A stretch of 64,000 nt of DNA from Bacteroidota bacterium (GCA_002746305.1 NVWV01000009.1:72455-136454), one strand, 5' to 3'; numbered from the stretch's first letter, positions 47,035 through 57,163 are shown. Numbers and translations: made by a program. Notes: a model not told the origin generated them from the letters alone.

Positions 47035-50000
47035 ATGAACAGCAGAGAATTCGTACAAATCTTCAATGAGTATCCGATTTTACAAGAATTGGAAAGGGAG
47101 ATTACTGCCGGAAAAACAAGGTTCGGGATTCAAAACAGCATAGGTTCTTTTAAATCCATACTCTTTGCTCATCTCCAAAAACATACGGAACGTAGTGTTT
47201 TAATCTTGTGCAATGATCAAGAACAAGCCGAGTATGTATACTCAGACTTACAGGTATTTACAGACCATAACTATGTTTTTTTATGGAAGGATTCATTTCG
47301 AAGAAGCTTTGACTTATCTATACCCATAAGTACTAAAATACAAAGCAAAGCAAGTGTTCTAGATGCTTTATCAGATTTGGACAAACCTAAAATAGTGGTC
47401 ACATACCCCGAAGCATTTGTAGAAAAAATTGTCAAACAGGAGGTTTTCCAGAAGAGCAAAATCACATTCAAGATAGGAGAAGAAGTAGACCTAGACTTTT
47501 TGATTGAAGTGCTTAATGAATATGCTTTTTATCGAGAAGACTTTGTTTATGAGCCTGGTCAGTTTTCAATCCGTGGAGGAATCCTCGATTTGTTTTCATA
47601 CGCCAGTGATTTACCATTTAGATTAGAGTTAGATGGTAGGACTATAGAAAGCATTCGTGAATTTGACCCGATAAGTCAATTGAGTACTCGGAAATTGGTA
47701 AGAGCCACCATAGTACCAAACGTACAAGAAAGTGGTAGAGATCAAGGTCATACTGACATATTTGAATATTTAGGAAAACGACCAATTGTTTGCACATATG
47801 ACCTACCATACTTATTTGCCAAACTGGAAAAGGGCTGGAAAAAAGCCATTGAAAAATCGACAGCTGAGCATAACCCAAAAGACCTATATTTTGATGAGGA
47901 AGAACTTGCTAACCAGCTTAATAAAAGGCCAATTATTGAGTTTAGTAGTCAAACATTCTTTCGACCATCAGTAAAGTTAAAATTTAATCAAGTACCACAA
48001 CCACCTGTAAACAAGAATTTTAACTTACTCATAGAAACACTTAAAACTTTAGAACAAAAAAAATATACTACCCTAATATTCTCTGAAAGTGCAAAACAGA
48101 TAGAGCGACTAGAAAGCATTTTTGATGATGTACAAGCAGGGTACAAAATACAACCAGTATACAAAAGCTTAAGTGAGGGATTCATAGATCATGACCTCAA
48201 AATAGCAGCCTATACTGAGCATCAGATTTTCAACAGATACTACCTTGCAAAATCAGGCAAGTCAGTCTCAACTGCTGGAGCCATCTCACTTAAAGAACTT
48301 CAAGATTTAAACCCTGGAGACTATGTCGTACATATAGATCATGGTGTGGGACAATTCAAAGGGCTTCAGCGAATGGAGATGGGAGGGAAATTACAAGATG
48401 CTGTTCGAATAGAATACAAGAATGGCGACTTACTCTATGTAAATATTGGCTCTCTTTATAAAATATCCAAGTTCAAAGGCAAGGATGGTACTGAGCCTAA
48501 AATGAATAAACTTGGAAGTGATGCATGGAGTAATTTAAAGCGAAAAACAAAAGCTCAGGTTAAGGACATTGCCCGAGACCTTATTAAACTCTACGCAAAA
48601 CGAAAAGCAGAAAAGGGTTTCCAGTTTACCCCAGACACTTACTTACAAACTGAACTTGAAGCTAGCTTTTTGTATGAAGATACTCCGGACCAAGTAAAAG
48701 CTACAGACGATTTCAAAAAAGATATGGAAGGTCCTAACCCAATGGATCGCTTAATCTGTGGTGATGTTGGCTTTGGAAAAACTGAAATTGCTATTCGAGC
48801 AGCATTTAAAGCTGTTTGTGATAGCAAGCAAGTGGCTATTTTAGTACCTACAACTATCTTAGCTCAGCAACATTATCATACATTTAAAGATCGTTTAAGG
48901 GATTTTCCTTGTACAGTAGACTACATCAATAGATTTAGAACTACCAAACAACAAACTGAAACACTCAAAAGATTAGAAGAAGGACGAGTTGACATTATAA
49001 TTGGAACGCATAAACTACTCAGTAAAAAGACTAAATTTAAAGATTTAGGCTTACTGATTATTGATGAAGAACAAAAATTCGGTGTAAGTGCGAAGGAAAA
49101 ATTAAAAGAATTTAAGGCTAGTGTAGATACACTAACTCTTACAGCAACACCTATTCCACGTACTCTCCATTTCTCTTTAATGGGAGCCCGCGACTTAAGT
49201 TTGATACAAACACCCCCTCCCAATAGAAGGGCTATACAAACGGAAGTTCAAGTTTGGAATGATGAAATAATTCAAGAGTCTATAAGCAATGAAATAGCCA
49301 GAGGTGGTCAAGCTTTTATGGTTCACAATCGAGTAAAGGATATTGATGAAGTAGCACAACGCATCCGTAATTTAGTTCCACATGCTCGCGTAATTGTTGG
49401 CCATGGTCAAATGAAAGGTGACCAACTAGAGCAAGTAATGGTTCAGTTTATAGAAGGGGAATATGATGTACTAGTAGCTACTACAATAATAGAAAGTGGA
49501 CTAGACATACCTAACGCCAACACTATAATCATAAACAATGCACACATGTTTGGACTCAGTGATCTTCATCAAATGCGTGGCCGTGTGGGACGAAGCAATG
49601 TAAAAGCCTATTGCTATCTGCTAGCACCTCCAGTGCATTCGTTACCTGAAGATGGAAGACGAAGACTACAGACAATTGAGGAATACTCTGACTTAGGAAG
49701 TGGATTCAATGTGGCAATGCGTGATCTAGACATACGTGGTGCTGGAAACCTTCTAGGTGCTGAACAAAGTGGTTTTATCTCAGAGATAGGCTTTCATATG
49801 TTCCATAAAATTCTAGACGAAGCAATGCGAGAACTCAAAGAAGATGAGTTCAAAGACATACTAGAAGCCGTAGATGGAAAACCAGAAGCACCTAAGCTAC
49901 ATGTAACAGCTACTGTAGAACCAGATTTTGATGCTAGATTACCAGAAAATTATGTAAGTAATGTTGCAGAACGTCTAAACTTATATACTCGGCTATCTGA

Positions 50001-50352
50001 GCTCAATGATGAGCAAGACCTAGATAAATTCACCTTCCAACTTGTAGATAGATTTGGAGAAATGCCAAAATCAGTAAGCAACTTAGTGCTTAGTGTACGA
50101 TTTAAAATAGCTGCTCAAAACATCTTTGCAGAAAAGGTTAAAATCAAAGAAGAAGAGATATATCTTTTCTTTAACAATGATTTAGGGGAACATTTTTACC
50201 AAGCACAAACATTCACTACGATACTCGCTAAGGTAAATACACATCCTTCACATTTCAGTTTCAAACAAGGAAAAAACCACTTAATCCTTGCTATCAAAGG
50301 GTTCACAAGCTACAGAGAGACCTTGGAACAAATAAAACTTCTTAGACAATAG
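47035..50352 (+). CDS. mfd: Transcription-repair coupling factor
   Basis: GDYVVHIDHGVG, YEDTPDQ, DRLICGDVGFGKTE, IIDEEQKFGV, TATPIPRTL, QMRGRVGRS, RDLDIRGAGNLLG. ATG 47035 preferred (46984 lies inside the terminator). Confidence 0.97.
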   Translation: MNSREFVQIFNEYPILQELEREITAGKTRFGIQNSIGSFKSILFAHLQKHTERSVLILCNDQEQAEYVYSDLQVFTDHNYVFLWKDSFRRSFDLSIPISTKIQSKASVLDALSDLDKPKIVVTYPEAFVEKIVKQEVFQKSKITFKIGEEVDLDFLIEVLNEYAFYREDFVYEPGQFSIRGGILDLFSYASDLPFRLELDGRTIESIREFDPISQLSTRKLVRATIVPNVQESGRDQGHTDIFEYLGKRPIVCTYDLPYLFAKLEKGWKKAIEKSTAEHNPKDLYFDEEELANQLNKRPIIEFSSQTFFRPSVKLKFNQVPQPPVNKNFNLLIETLKTLEQKKYTTLIFSESAKQIERLESIFDDVQAGYKIQPVYKSLSEGFIDHDLKIAAYTEHQIFNRYYLAKSGKSVSTAGAISLKELQDLNPGDYVVHIDHGVGQFKGLQRMEMGGKLQDAVRIEYKNGDLLYVNIGSLYKISKFKGKDGTEPKMNKLGSDAWSNLKRKTKAQVKDIARDLIKLYAKRKAEKGFQFTPDTYLQTELEASFLYEDTPDQVKATDDFKKDMEGPNPMDRLICGDVGFGKTEIAIRAAFKAVCDSKQVAILVPTTILAQQHYHTFKDRLRDFPCTVDYINRFRTTKQQTETLKRLEEGRVDIIIGTHKLLSKKTKFKDLGLLIIDEEQKFGVSAKEKLKEFKASVDTLTLTATPIPRTLHFSLMGARDLSLIQTPPPNRRAIQTEVQVWNDEIIQESISNEIARGGQAFMVHNRVKDIDEVAQRIRNLVPHARVIVGHGQMKGDQLEQVMVQFIEGEYDVLVATTIIESGLDIPNANTIIINNAHMFGLSDLHQMRGRVGRSNVKAYCYLLAPPVHSLPEDGRRRLQTIEEYSDLGSGFNVAMRDLDIRGAGNLLGAEQSGFISEIGFHMFHKILDEAMRELKEDEFKDILEAVDGKPEAPKLHVTATVEPDFDARLPENYVSNVAERLNLYTRLSELNDEQDLDKFTFQLVDRFGEMPKSVSNLVLSVRFKIAAQNIFAEKVKIKEEEIYLFFNNDLGEHFYQAQTFTTILAKVNTHPSHFSFKQGKNHLILAIKGFTSYRETLEQIKLLRQ

Positions 50353-50427
50353 TCTCATTTTGGGATTGTTTTGTGTCATTTTTAGACAAATGACAAATTA
50401 AATTTGGAAAATAGGAACTTATCATGT

Positions 50428-50623
50428 TTACTTTGTAGCATAAATAAACTACTACTTATTTCAGATACAAAGTATTCGAGATAACCAACACTTATTTATA
50501 GGAGCTGTGATGAGCTTCGGTTTGAGGTTTGATGGAGTGGTTTCCAAAAACCTTAGTCTTACATGATGAGACATCTTAGTTAATAAAGTTAGTAAAAGTC
50601 CAGCTAAAATTAGCTGGACTTTT
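50428..50623 (+). ncRNA. Candidate orphan small RNA (promoter-like box to terminator, no long ORF)
   Basis: TTTG (50403)-N21-TTACTTTG (50428-50435), ~160-nt non-coding stretch, then a terminator hairpin. Confidence 0.3.
50594..50623. terminator. Bidirectional terminator at kynU 3' end
   Basis: AAAAGTCCAGCTAA / TTAGCTGGACTTTT. Confidence 0.85.
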
Positions 50624-50630
50624 ATTTTGA

Positions 50631-51890
50631 TTAAAATTTACTGAGTAAGTCTCCAAACTCCCAGACATCCATAAAGGAATTGTACATCGGTACCGGGGCT
50701 AGTCGAATAACATTTGGTTCTCGCCAGTCTGCTATTACATCGTTTAGGGTAAGGTAATCAAAAAGGGCTTTGCCATTTTTATTGGTTAACATACTCAATT
50801 GGCACCCTCGTTCCTCAGGAGTTATTATTTCAAACTCTAACTTTTCATTCACATTTTGTGCATCAAGAACCACTTCTTCCATAAAAGAGTTCAGTTTTTT
50901 TCCTTTTGCTGCTAACGCCGGCATACCCACCTCATCAAACATATCCAAAGACGCTTTGTGAGCCGCCATCGCTAGTACAGGTGCGTTGCTCAATTGCCAC
51001 CCAGCTGCTCCAGGTTCAGGGATGTAACCCTTCTTCATTTGGAAGCGTTCACTTTCTTTATGTCCCCACCATCCTGCAAACCTTGGTGTTTCCGGATTAT
51101 TCCCATGCTTTTCATGCACAAAGATGCCGCTTACTCCTCCAGGACTACTATTCAGATACTTATAAGTACACCATGCAGCAAAATCAACCTCCCAATCATG
51201 CAATTGCATTTCAATGTTTCCTGCAGCGTGGGCACAATCAAAACCAGCAAATGCCCCCACAGAATGAGCGACCTCAGTTAGTCTTTTTATATCAAACGCT
51301 TGGCCCGTATAGTATTGCACTCCACTAAAAAAAACCAGTGCACATTCGTCCCCAACTTCTTTAATCTTAGCTACAATATCCTCCGTACGCAATGCGTGTT
51401 CTCCTTCTCTCGGCTCTATTTCTATTACTGCGTCTTGGTAATCATACCCGTGATGTTTGACCTGACTCTCAATAACATACATATCACTAGGAAAGGCACC
51501 ACCTTCCATGATAATCTTATACCTCGAATTTGTTGGCCTATAGAAACTTGCTAGCAATAAATGAAGGTTAACAGTAAGATTATTCATCACCACCACTTCT
51601 TCCGGTTTTGCTCCGACAATCTTAGCTTCCTTATCAAAAAAATGATGATAACCGAACCAAGGATTTTTACTGTGAAAATGTCCTTCTACTCCTAACTTTT
51701 GCCAATCATCTAACTCTTGCTGAATGTAATCCTTGACAGCTCTTGGCTGAAGACCCAATGAATTTCCCGTAAAATATAGTTGTTCACTTCTAGTCTTACC
51801 TGGTGGCATAAAAAATTGACTTCGATACGAAGACAATACATCCTCATTGTCCAACTTCTCAGCGACTTCTCGGCCTATAGTCATTTGCAT
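50631..51890 (-). CDS. kynU: Kynureninase
   Basis: YFTGNSLGLQP, NNLTVNLHLL, FPSDMY, FDCAHAAGN, WCTYKYLN (PLP Lys), GWWGH, DWREPNVIRLAPVP. ATG 51890/51884 preferred. Confidence 0.96.
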   Translation of the reverse strand: MQMTIGREVAEKLDNEDVLSSYRSQFFMPPGKTRSEQLYFTGNSLGLQPRAVKDYIQQELDDWQKLGVEGHFHSKNPWFGYHHFFDKEAKIVGAKPEEVVVMNNLTVNLHLLLASFYRPTNSRYKIIMEGGAFPSDMYVIESQVKHHGYDYQDAVIEIEPREGEHALRTEDIVAKIKEVGDECALVFFSGVQYYTGQAFDIKRLTEVAHSVGAFAGFDCAHAAGNIEMQLHDWEVDFAAWCTYKYLNSSPGGVSGIFVHEKHGNNPETPRFAGWWGHKESERFQMKKGYIPEPGAAGWQLSNAPVLAMAAHKASLDMFDEVGMPALAAKGKKLNSFMEEVVLDAQNVNEKLEFEIITPEERGCQLSMLTNKNGKALFDYLTLNDVIADWREPNVIRLAPVPMYNSFMDVWEFGDLLSKF

Positions 51891-51970
51891 GGTGCAAATA
51901 AAGTTAGAAATTGAACACTTAAGAAACACTCTTCTAAAGTCCAATAAATAACACCCTAATTTTATAGATT

Positions 51971-52582
51971 TTACTTAAATAGCCTGAGATGCTTCCCATT
52001 CCTATACCCCATTCCAGAGGAAGTGATATACTGATAGGCACAATTGAAAACTATTTCATTGCAGTCATTTACAACTCCATATGCTTCTTCGCGTCTAACA
52101 ATAATGTGCTCCAGATTAAGAATATTAGGAGGCAGGTCATATACAAAAGGAATTTTTTGATTCCCTAGTGTATCAAAAGCTCCCCATAAACCTGTATTTA
52201 ATTGAACCACTACAAGACCAAATTGAGGCAATCTCACTTGTGTAAATTCAAATGGCAGAATCAATTGCATCCTACTATTAAGTAAGCTAATGCCAAAACT
52301 GTCCCCAACTATTGCAAATCCATTGGTGAAATTATTTGCTTCCGCAAAAACATAAGGAGTAAGCTCCTTGCCTTTTGAATCAATATAGGCATACAAATCC
52401 CCCTTAGCGACGTAAGCCTTCCCTTCTGACAACTCACTCACTTCACTGTATACATAGTCAGAAATCAGAACACTGTCAGCGATTATAGCTTTTCTCCTAT
52501 TGTTTGTATGATTTTTCACATCCCAAGTCTGCCCATAAATCTGAAGGCTTGAAATCAATAGTATGACACTTAATAATCTCAT
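51971..52582 (-). CDS. WG-repeat-containing exported protein
   Basis: YSEVSELSEGKAYV, YAYIDSKG, FAEANNFTNGFAIV, LWGAFDTLG. Confidence 0.82.
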   Translation of the reverse strand: MRLLSVILLISSLQIYGQTWDVKNHTNNRRKAIIADSVLISDYVYSEVSELSEGKAYVAKGDLYAYIDSKGKELTPYVFAEANNFTNGFAIVGDSFGISLLNSRMQLILPFEFTQVRLPQFGLVVVQLNTGLWGAFDTLGNQKIPFVYDLPPNILNLEHIIVRREEAYGVVNDCNEIVFNCAYQYITSSGMGYRNGKHLRLFK

Positions 52583-52587
52583 TCTAT

Positions 52588-53118
52588 TTACTTAACTATT
52601 TCTTTAAAATTCAGTTCGTCTCCAACAAACCAACTTCCATTTAACAAGATGGCTAAGTACTTTAACTCATACTGATGCTTTCGCCTTTTGCAATTTACAG
52701 TGACATAGCAATACCTATTATTATCATCATCTTTACCAAAATTATACTGTGTTTTCCCTCTTTCGATTCGCTTTAATTTCAACTTTGATTTTTCCGAATT
52801 CTTAAGAATTTTTCTATAATCTTTCTGCAAATTTCTAAGAATCATTTGCTGTCTATAAATAACCTGATCCTCGCGGTACTCGATCGACATAGTGTCAAAC
52901 GTTGCTCTAAGGTATTTAACCTGAGGCACAAATTTCTTCATACCTCCCAAGTCTTTTTTCAAGAAAGTAATATAAAAGGAATCACACATTTCTGGGAGTG
53001 AGTCAAAAAGCTGTTGGTAATGCTCGTTACTATCTGGCCTATGATCTTTAAGCACGTAGAGTTGTCCTTGCGAAGTAGCAAAAAAACCAATTAATATAAT
53101 CACTGAAACAAGTCTCAT
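52588..53118 (-). CDS. Exported hypothetical protein
   Basis: Signal peptide; 176-aa ORF 5 nt upstream of the WG-repeat gene. Confidence 0.75.
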   Translation of the reverse strand: MRLVSVIILIGFFATSQGQLYVLKDHRPDSNEHYQQLFDSLPEMCDSFYITFLKKDLGGMKKFVPQVKYLRATFDTMSIEYREDQVIYRQQMILRNLQKDYRKILKNSEKSKLKLKRIERGKTQYNFGKDDDNNRYCYVTVNCKRRKHQYELKYLAILLNGSWFVGDELNFKEIVK

Positions 53119-53192
53119 ATATCCATTATCTAAGCAAATTTATAGCCAAAAAAGATTATCCCATCAATTTTAAACAAAATCTAATTTTAAAA

Positions 53193-53292
53193 TGCAACGT
53201 TTAATCGGCGTGGAAGGTCTACTTACTTAATCGTCTTAATTTACTAAAAGTAAATATTCAAGGGCTGAAGAATTTTCTTTGGCCCTTTTTTT
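53193..53292 (+). ncRNA. Candidate ECF-promoter small RNA with its own terminator, upstream of the metal ABC operon
   Basis: TGCAAC-N17-GGTCTA (53193-53221), ~70-nt transcript without ATG, hairpin AAGGGCTGAAGAA..TTCTTTGGCCCTT + 7 U (53260-53292). Confidence 0.4.
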
Positions 53293-53329
53293 ATGAAATA
53301 CCTTGACACAAGATGATTATCTTTGCCCA

Positions 53330-54244
53330 ATGACATACAGAGGCAATTTTTTAGCCCTATTTATCATTCTTCTTGTTCTTATTGGCGGATGCACTGAACC
53401 ACAAAAAGATGGCACCATTACCATAGTTACTACCACAGGAATAGTTGGAGACTGCGTAAGGAACATTGTTGGAGATCAAGCAAAAGTCATCTCGCTTATG
53501 GGGGCAGGAGTAGATCCACATTTATATAAGGCTTCTCAAGGAGATATATCAAAGCTTGCTAATGCAGACATAATAATATATAACGGCTTGCACTTAGAAG
53601 GGAAGATGGCAAAAATGCTAGACAACTACGCTAAGAGAAAGCCTGCTTTCGCTTTAGGAAGTTACATATCAAGTGAAAAACTAAAGAAAATAGACCAGAA
53701 ATCCGACTTAGTTGATCCGCACATATGGTTTAGTCCGTCCATTTGGATGGAGGGCCTGGGGGGGATCGCAGCTGAACTTAGTCAAATCAAAGGACTGGAA
53801 AACACTTCTACAAATTTTGAAATTTATCAAAAAGAAATAGATCAAAGTACAAATCAACTTTCTGCTTTGCTTGACTCTAACTTAGCTGTTGATGAACGTA
53901 TTTTGATAACAAGTCATGATGCTTTTTCTTATTTTGGAGATGCTTTTGAATTTAAAGTAAGAGGCTTACAAGGGATTTCAACAGCAGCTGAATACGGAGC
54001 TAAAGATGTTAAGGACCTAATTGATTTCATCATTGAGAATGGCATTAAATCTGTATTCATTGAAACTAGTGTTTCTGACAAAAATTTGCGTGCCGTTATT
54101 GAAGGAGCAAATGCTCGCGACTATGAACTTAAAATCGGAGGCATACTATATAGTGATGCTTTAGGAGAGGATAAAAGCTACGAAGGCACGTATAAAGGGA
54201 TGCTTGAAGCTAATGTAAAAACTATTATCTCAGGATTAAAATGA
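53330..54244 (+). CDS. Mn/Fe/Zn ABC transporter substrate-binding lipoprotein (TroA/MntA family)
   Basis: GVDPHLY, YNGLHLEG, DPHIWF, TSHDAFSYF, IETSV, LYSDALG; TATCTTTG at 53318-53325 supports ATG 53330. Confidence 0.92.
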   Translation: MTYRGNFLALFIILLVLIGGCTEPQKDGTITIVTTTGIVGDCVRNIVGDQAKVISLMGAGVDPHLYKASQGDISKLANADIIIYNGLHLEGKMAKMLDNYAKRKPAFALGSYISSEKLKKIDQKSDLVDPHIWFSPSIWMEGLGGIAAELSQIKGLENTSTNFEIYQKEIDQSTNQLSALLDSNLAVDERILITSHDAFSYFGDAFEFKVRGLQGISTAAEYGAKDVKDLIDFIIENGIKSVFIETSVSDKNLRAVIEGANARDYELKIGGILYSDALGEDKSYEGTYKGMLEANVKTIISGLK

Positions 54245-55017
54245 GCGATACAATCATAGAAGCTCATAACCTGACTGTACTTTACGGTCGAAAACCCGCA
54301 TTGTGGAATGTTGATTTTGAACTTCCTAAAAAAAAGGTAATTGGGATCATGGGACCAAATGGTAGTGGTAAGAGTACCTTACTAAAATCAATTATGGGTG
54401 TAGTAGAACCTACTAGTGGTTTCACTAAAATATACAACCAAGAACTAGATCAGGTAAGGGACAGAGTAAGTTATGTACCACAACGACAAGAAATTGATTG
54501 GGATTTTCCAGCTAGTGTTTGGGACATTGTCTCAATGGGGCGATTTCAAAAAAGAGGATTGTTTAAAAAGCTGACGGGAGAAGACAAAGACATTATCACC
54601 GATAGTCTTCAAAAAGTAAATATGCTTGGTTATGCCAAACGTCAAATCAGTCAACTTTCGGGAGGACAACAACAACGTGTATTCCTAGCTAGGGCCATTG
54701 CCCAACAAGGAGATTTATTCTTAATGGATGAGCCTTTTGCAGGAGTTGATATTGCAACTGAAGAAATGATTATTTCTCTGTTAAAAGACATGAAAGATGC
54801 AGGTAAAACACTGGTAATCGTTCATCATGATTTGCATACCGCTCAATCTTACTTTGACCACTTGGTACTGCTGAATACACGACTCATTGCTTGTGGACCG
54901 ACCAATGAAGTATTTACAGATCAAATACTAACAGATACCTATGGGGGTAGGCTTACTACCATTTCTAAGATTAGTCAAGAATTAGAGAATAAAGAATTCC
55001 CTATTCGTCATAAATGA
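54241..55017 (+). CDS. Metal ABC transporter ATPase (TroB/MntB family)
   Basis: GPNGSGKSTL, LSGGQQQRVFLARA, MDEPFAGVD, VHHDL. Confidence 0.95.
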   Translation: MSDTIIEAHNLTVLYGRKPALWNVDFELPKKKVIGIMGPNGSGKSTLLKSIMGVVEPTSGFTKIYNQELDQVRDRVSYVPQRQEIDWDFPASVWDIVSMGRFQKRGLFKKLTGEDKDIITDSLQKVNMLGYAKRQISQLSGGQQQRVFLARAIAQQGDLFLMDEPFAGVDIATEEMIISLLKDMKDAGKTLVIVHHDLHTAQSYFDHLVLLNTRLIACGPTNEVFTDQILTDTYGGRLTTISKISQELENKEFPIRHK

Positions 55018-56303
55018 TGCAATTTTGGGAAAATATCACCACTTTTTTTTCGGCTGAGAACTACACCTTATTTGTAGTCAGCTTGGGTTCAGGAATTCTC
55101 TGTTTTGCGGCGGGTGTCGTTGGAACATTTACATATCTCCGAAAAAGAGCTTTAATAGGTGATGTAATTTCTCATTCTGTACTACCAGGAGTAGCAATTG
55201 CATTCATGCTTACAGGAGTGAAAAATCCAATTTATTTTTTAACAGGAGCAATAATATCTGGCCTTCTATCCATTTGGATTGTAGATTTCGTTCAGGCTAA
55301 ATCTAAGCTGAAACCAGACACTATTTTAGCCCTTACACTTAGCGTATTCTTTGGTGTAGGCATAGTTCTACTTACCAGAATACAACATAGTGGGGTTGCA
55401 GCACAAAGTGGTCTGGATAGTTTTCTGTTTGGCCAGGCTGCATCAATGGGAATCTTTGATGTAAAATTATTCTCAGCAATAGCTGTAATCAACATCATTT
55501 GTATCACCGTTTTTCTACGCGGATTTAGTCTCGTGAGTTTTGACGAACATTATGCAAAAGGTCTTGGTTTTAACATATCTATTCTTAAATCCTTTCTAGC
55601 CTTAATAACTGTAATAACTGTGGCAATTGGGGTACAAGCCGTGGGTGTAGTCTTAATGGCAGCATTGTTAATTACACCTGCCGCAGGAGCTCGATTCCTG
55701 ACTAACTCCATTCCTAAAATGCTAGCATTTGCTGGATTATTTGGTTTTTTAAGCGGCTTAATTGGAGTCTTTATTAGCTACAGCGGTACAGGTATGCCTA
55801 CAGGACCATGGATAGTTGTTGTTCTTTCCATTTTTGCTTTGATTGCCATTTTATTTGGCAAGAAAAAGGGAGTGTTTGCCAGAATGAGACTCCGCAAATC
55901 AAACAACGTTAAGATTAATAATGAAAATGTTTTGAAGGACATATATAAACTTGCAGATAAAGGCAATAATACCATCTCAGTTCAAGACTTAATTGAAAAG
56001 GAAAAACACAGCCTTAGTAAGCTAAAAAGCACTTTGAACAGACTCGAAGCTACAGATTACATTGACCAGGTTAGGGGACTTGTAATACTAAGTGATAAAG
56101 GCAGAATTGCGGCAAGAGAAGTTATTAGGAAACACAGATTATGGGAGATTTACCTCTCAAAATATTTCCAATTGGATGAAGACCATTTACATGACGATGC
56201 AGAAGGAATAGAACACGTAATTACACCAGAGATTGAGAAAGAATTAATTAAACTGTTGGACCGACCAAAAACAGACCCACATCAAAGCGAAATACCCTAC
56301 TAA
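55014..56303 (+). CDS. Metal ABC permease (TroC-like) fused to a C-terminal DtxR/MntR-family repressor domain
   Basis: GDVISHSVLPG, LFGQAA, VQAVGVVLMAALL permease; then ENVLKDIY, HTH region, RKHRLWEIYL, DAEGIEH, DPHQSEIP. Confidence 0.9.
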   Translation: MMQFWENITTFFSAENYTLFVVSLGSGILCFAAGVVGTFTYLRKRALIGDVISHSVLPGVAIAFMLTGVKNPIYFLTGAIISGLLSIWIVDFVQAKSKLKPDTILALTLSVFFGVGIVLLTRIQHSGVAAQSGLDSFLFGQAASMGIFDVKLFSAIAVINIICITVFLRGFSLVSFDEHYAKGLGFNISILKSFLALITVITVAIGVQAVGVVLMAALLITPAAGARFLTNSIPKMLAFAGLFGFLSGLIGVFISYSGTGMPTGPWIVVVLSIFALIAILFGKKKGVFARMRLRKSNNVKINNENVLKDIYKLADKGNNTISVQDLIEKEKHSLSKLKSTLNRLEATDYIDQVRGLVILSDKGRIAAREVIRKHRLWEIYLSKYFQLDEDHLHDDAEGIEHVITPEIEKELIKLLDRPKTDPHQSEIPY

Positions 56304-57163
56304 TGATGGATTTCTATATCATATTAACTGCAAGTCTAGTCGCCATCAATTGTGCATTAATGGGTTGTTTTCTTGTGATGCGAAAAATGGTAATGATTGG
56401 TGACGCAATTTCTCACGCTGTGCTTCCAGGAATATTCATAGCTTATTACATTTCTGGCACTACCGCAAGTTTACCTATTCTTATAGGAGCTGCATTAAGT
56501 GGGATTCTTGCTACCATAATGATCGAATGGTTCACTAAAAAAGCACGTTTACAAAGCGATGCTGCAATTGGGATTTCCTACACATTGTTATTTGCCATTG
56601 GAGTAATACTAATTTCAAAGTTTGGAGAAAATGCAGACCTCGACCAAGAATGTGTGCTTTATGGAGAAATAGAATACATAACTGGATGGTTACAACCTTT
56701 TATTGGAGGATTTGAATTACCAAAACAAACCATAATTTTACTGATTGTCTGCGTGATACTTATTACTGCGGTAGTTTGGGGCTACAAGGGATTATTTATA
56801 ACAACCTTTGACCCAAATTTCGCTCTATCAACAGGTGTTGCTGTTACATTTTGGCATTATTTCTTAATGAGTGGAGTATCACTTACCACAGTAGTTAGTT
56901 TTGAGTCCGTAGGTGCCATTTTAGTAATCGCTTTTCTTTCTGGACCTCCTGCTATTGCCTATTTATTAACAGAAGATTTTAAGAAAATGCTGGTACTTGC
57001 ATGTTTAGTAGGTATCGCTTGCTCTGTAGCTGGATATTATTTTGCGGTGTGGCTAGATGTATCTGTAGCTGGTTCTATTGCAACTATGATTGGTATTGCA
57101 TTTATCGTGGTATTTACCTTCACTTCGTTGCTTAAAAGTAAGGCTGACGTAATTTCTGCCTAA
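56303..57163 (+). CDS. Metal ABC permease (TroD-like)
   Basis: GDAISHAVLPG, DLDQECVLYGEI, FESVGAILV; TAATG overlap with the upstream gene. Confidence 0.92.
   Translation: MMDFYIILTASLVAINCALMGCFLVMRKMVMIGDAISHAVLPGIFIAYYISGTTASLPILIGAALSGILATIMIEWFTKKARLQSDAAIGISYTLLFAIGVILISKFGENADLDQECVLYGEIEYITGWLQPFIGGFELPKQTIILLIVCVILITAVVWGYKGLFITTFDPNFALSTGVAVTFWHYFLMSGVSLTTVVSFESVGAILVIAFLSGPPAIAYLLTEDFKKMLVLACLVGIACSVAGYYFAVWLDVSVAGSIATMIGIAFIVVFTFTSLLKSKADVISA

Noticed and set aside
50500-50566. 18-aa ORF MSFGLRFDGVVSKNLSLT preceded by AGGAG
   Set aside because: Bacteroidota generally do not use Shine-Dalgarno pairing, the A-rich start context is absent, and there is no conservation evidence; kept only as part of the sRNA candidate.
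53239-53255. ATTTACT-AAA-AGTAAAT palindrome as the DtxR-domain operator
   Set aside because: A 7-bp AT-rich arm is easily produced by chance in this genome; it lies ~60 bp upstream of the operon promoter and may just be an RNA hairpin.
50631-56303. Tryptophan-metal regulatory link (kynU near a YtgCR-like fusion, as with Trp-dependent YtgR in Chlamydia)
   Set aside because: No tandem Trp codon motif in the permease, and kynU is separated by two unrelated genes with its own promoter-like box; proximity is probably coincidental.
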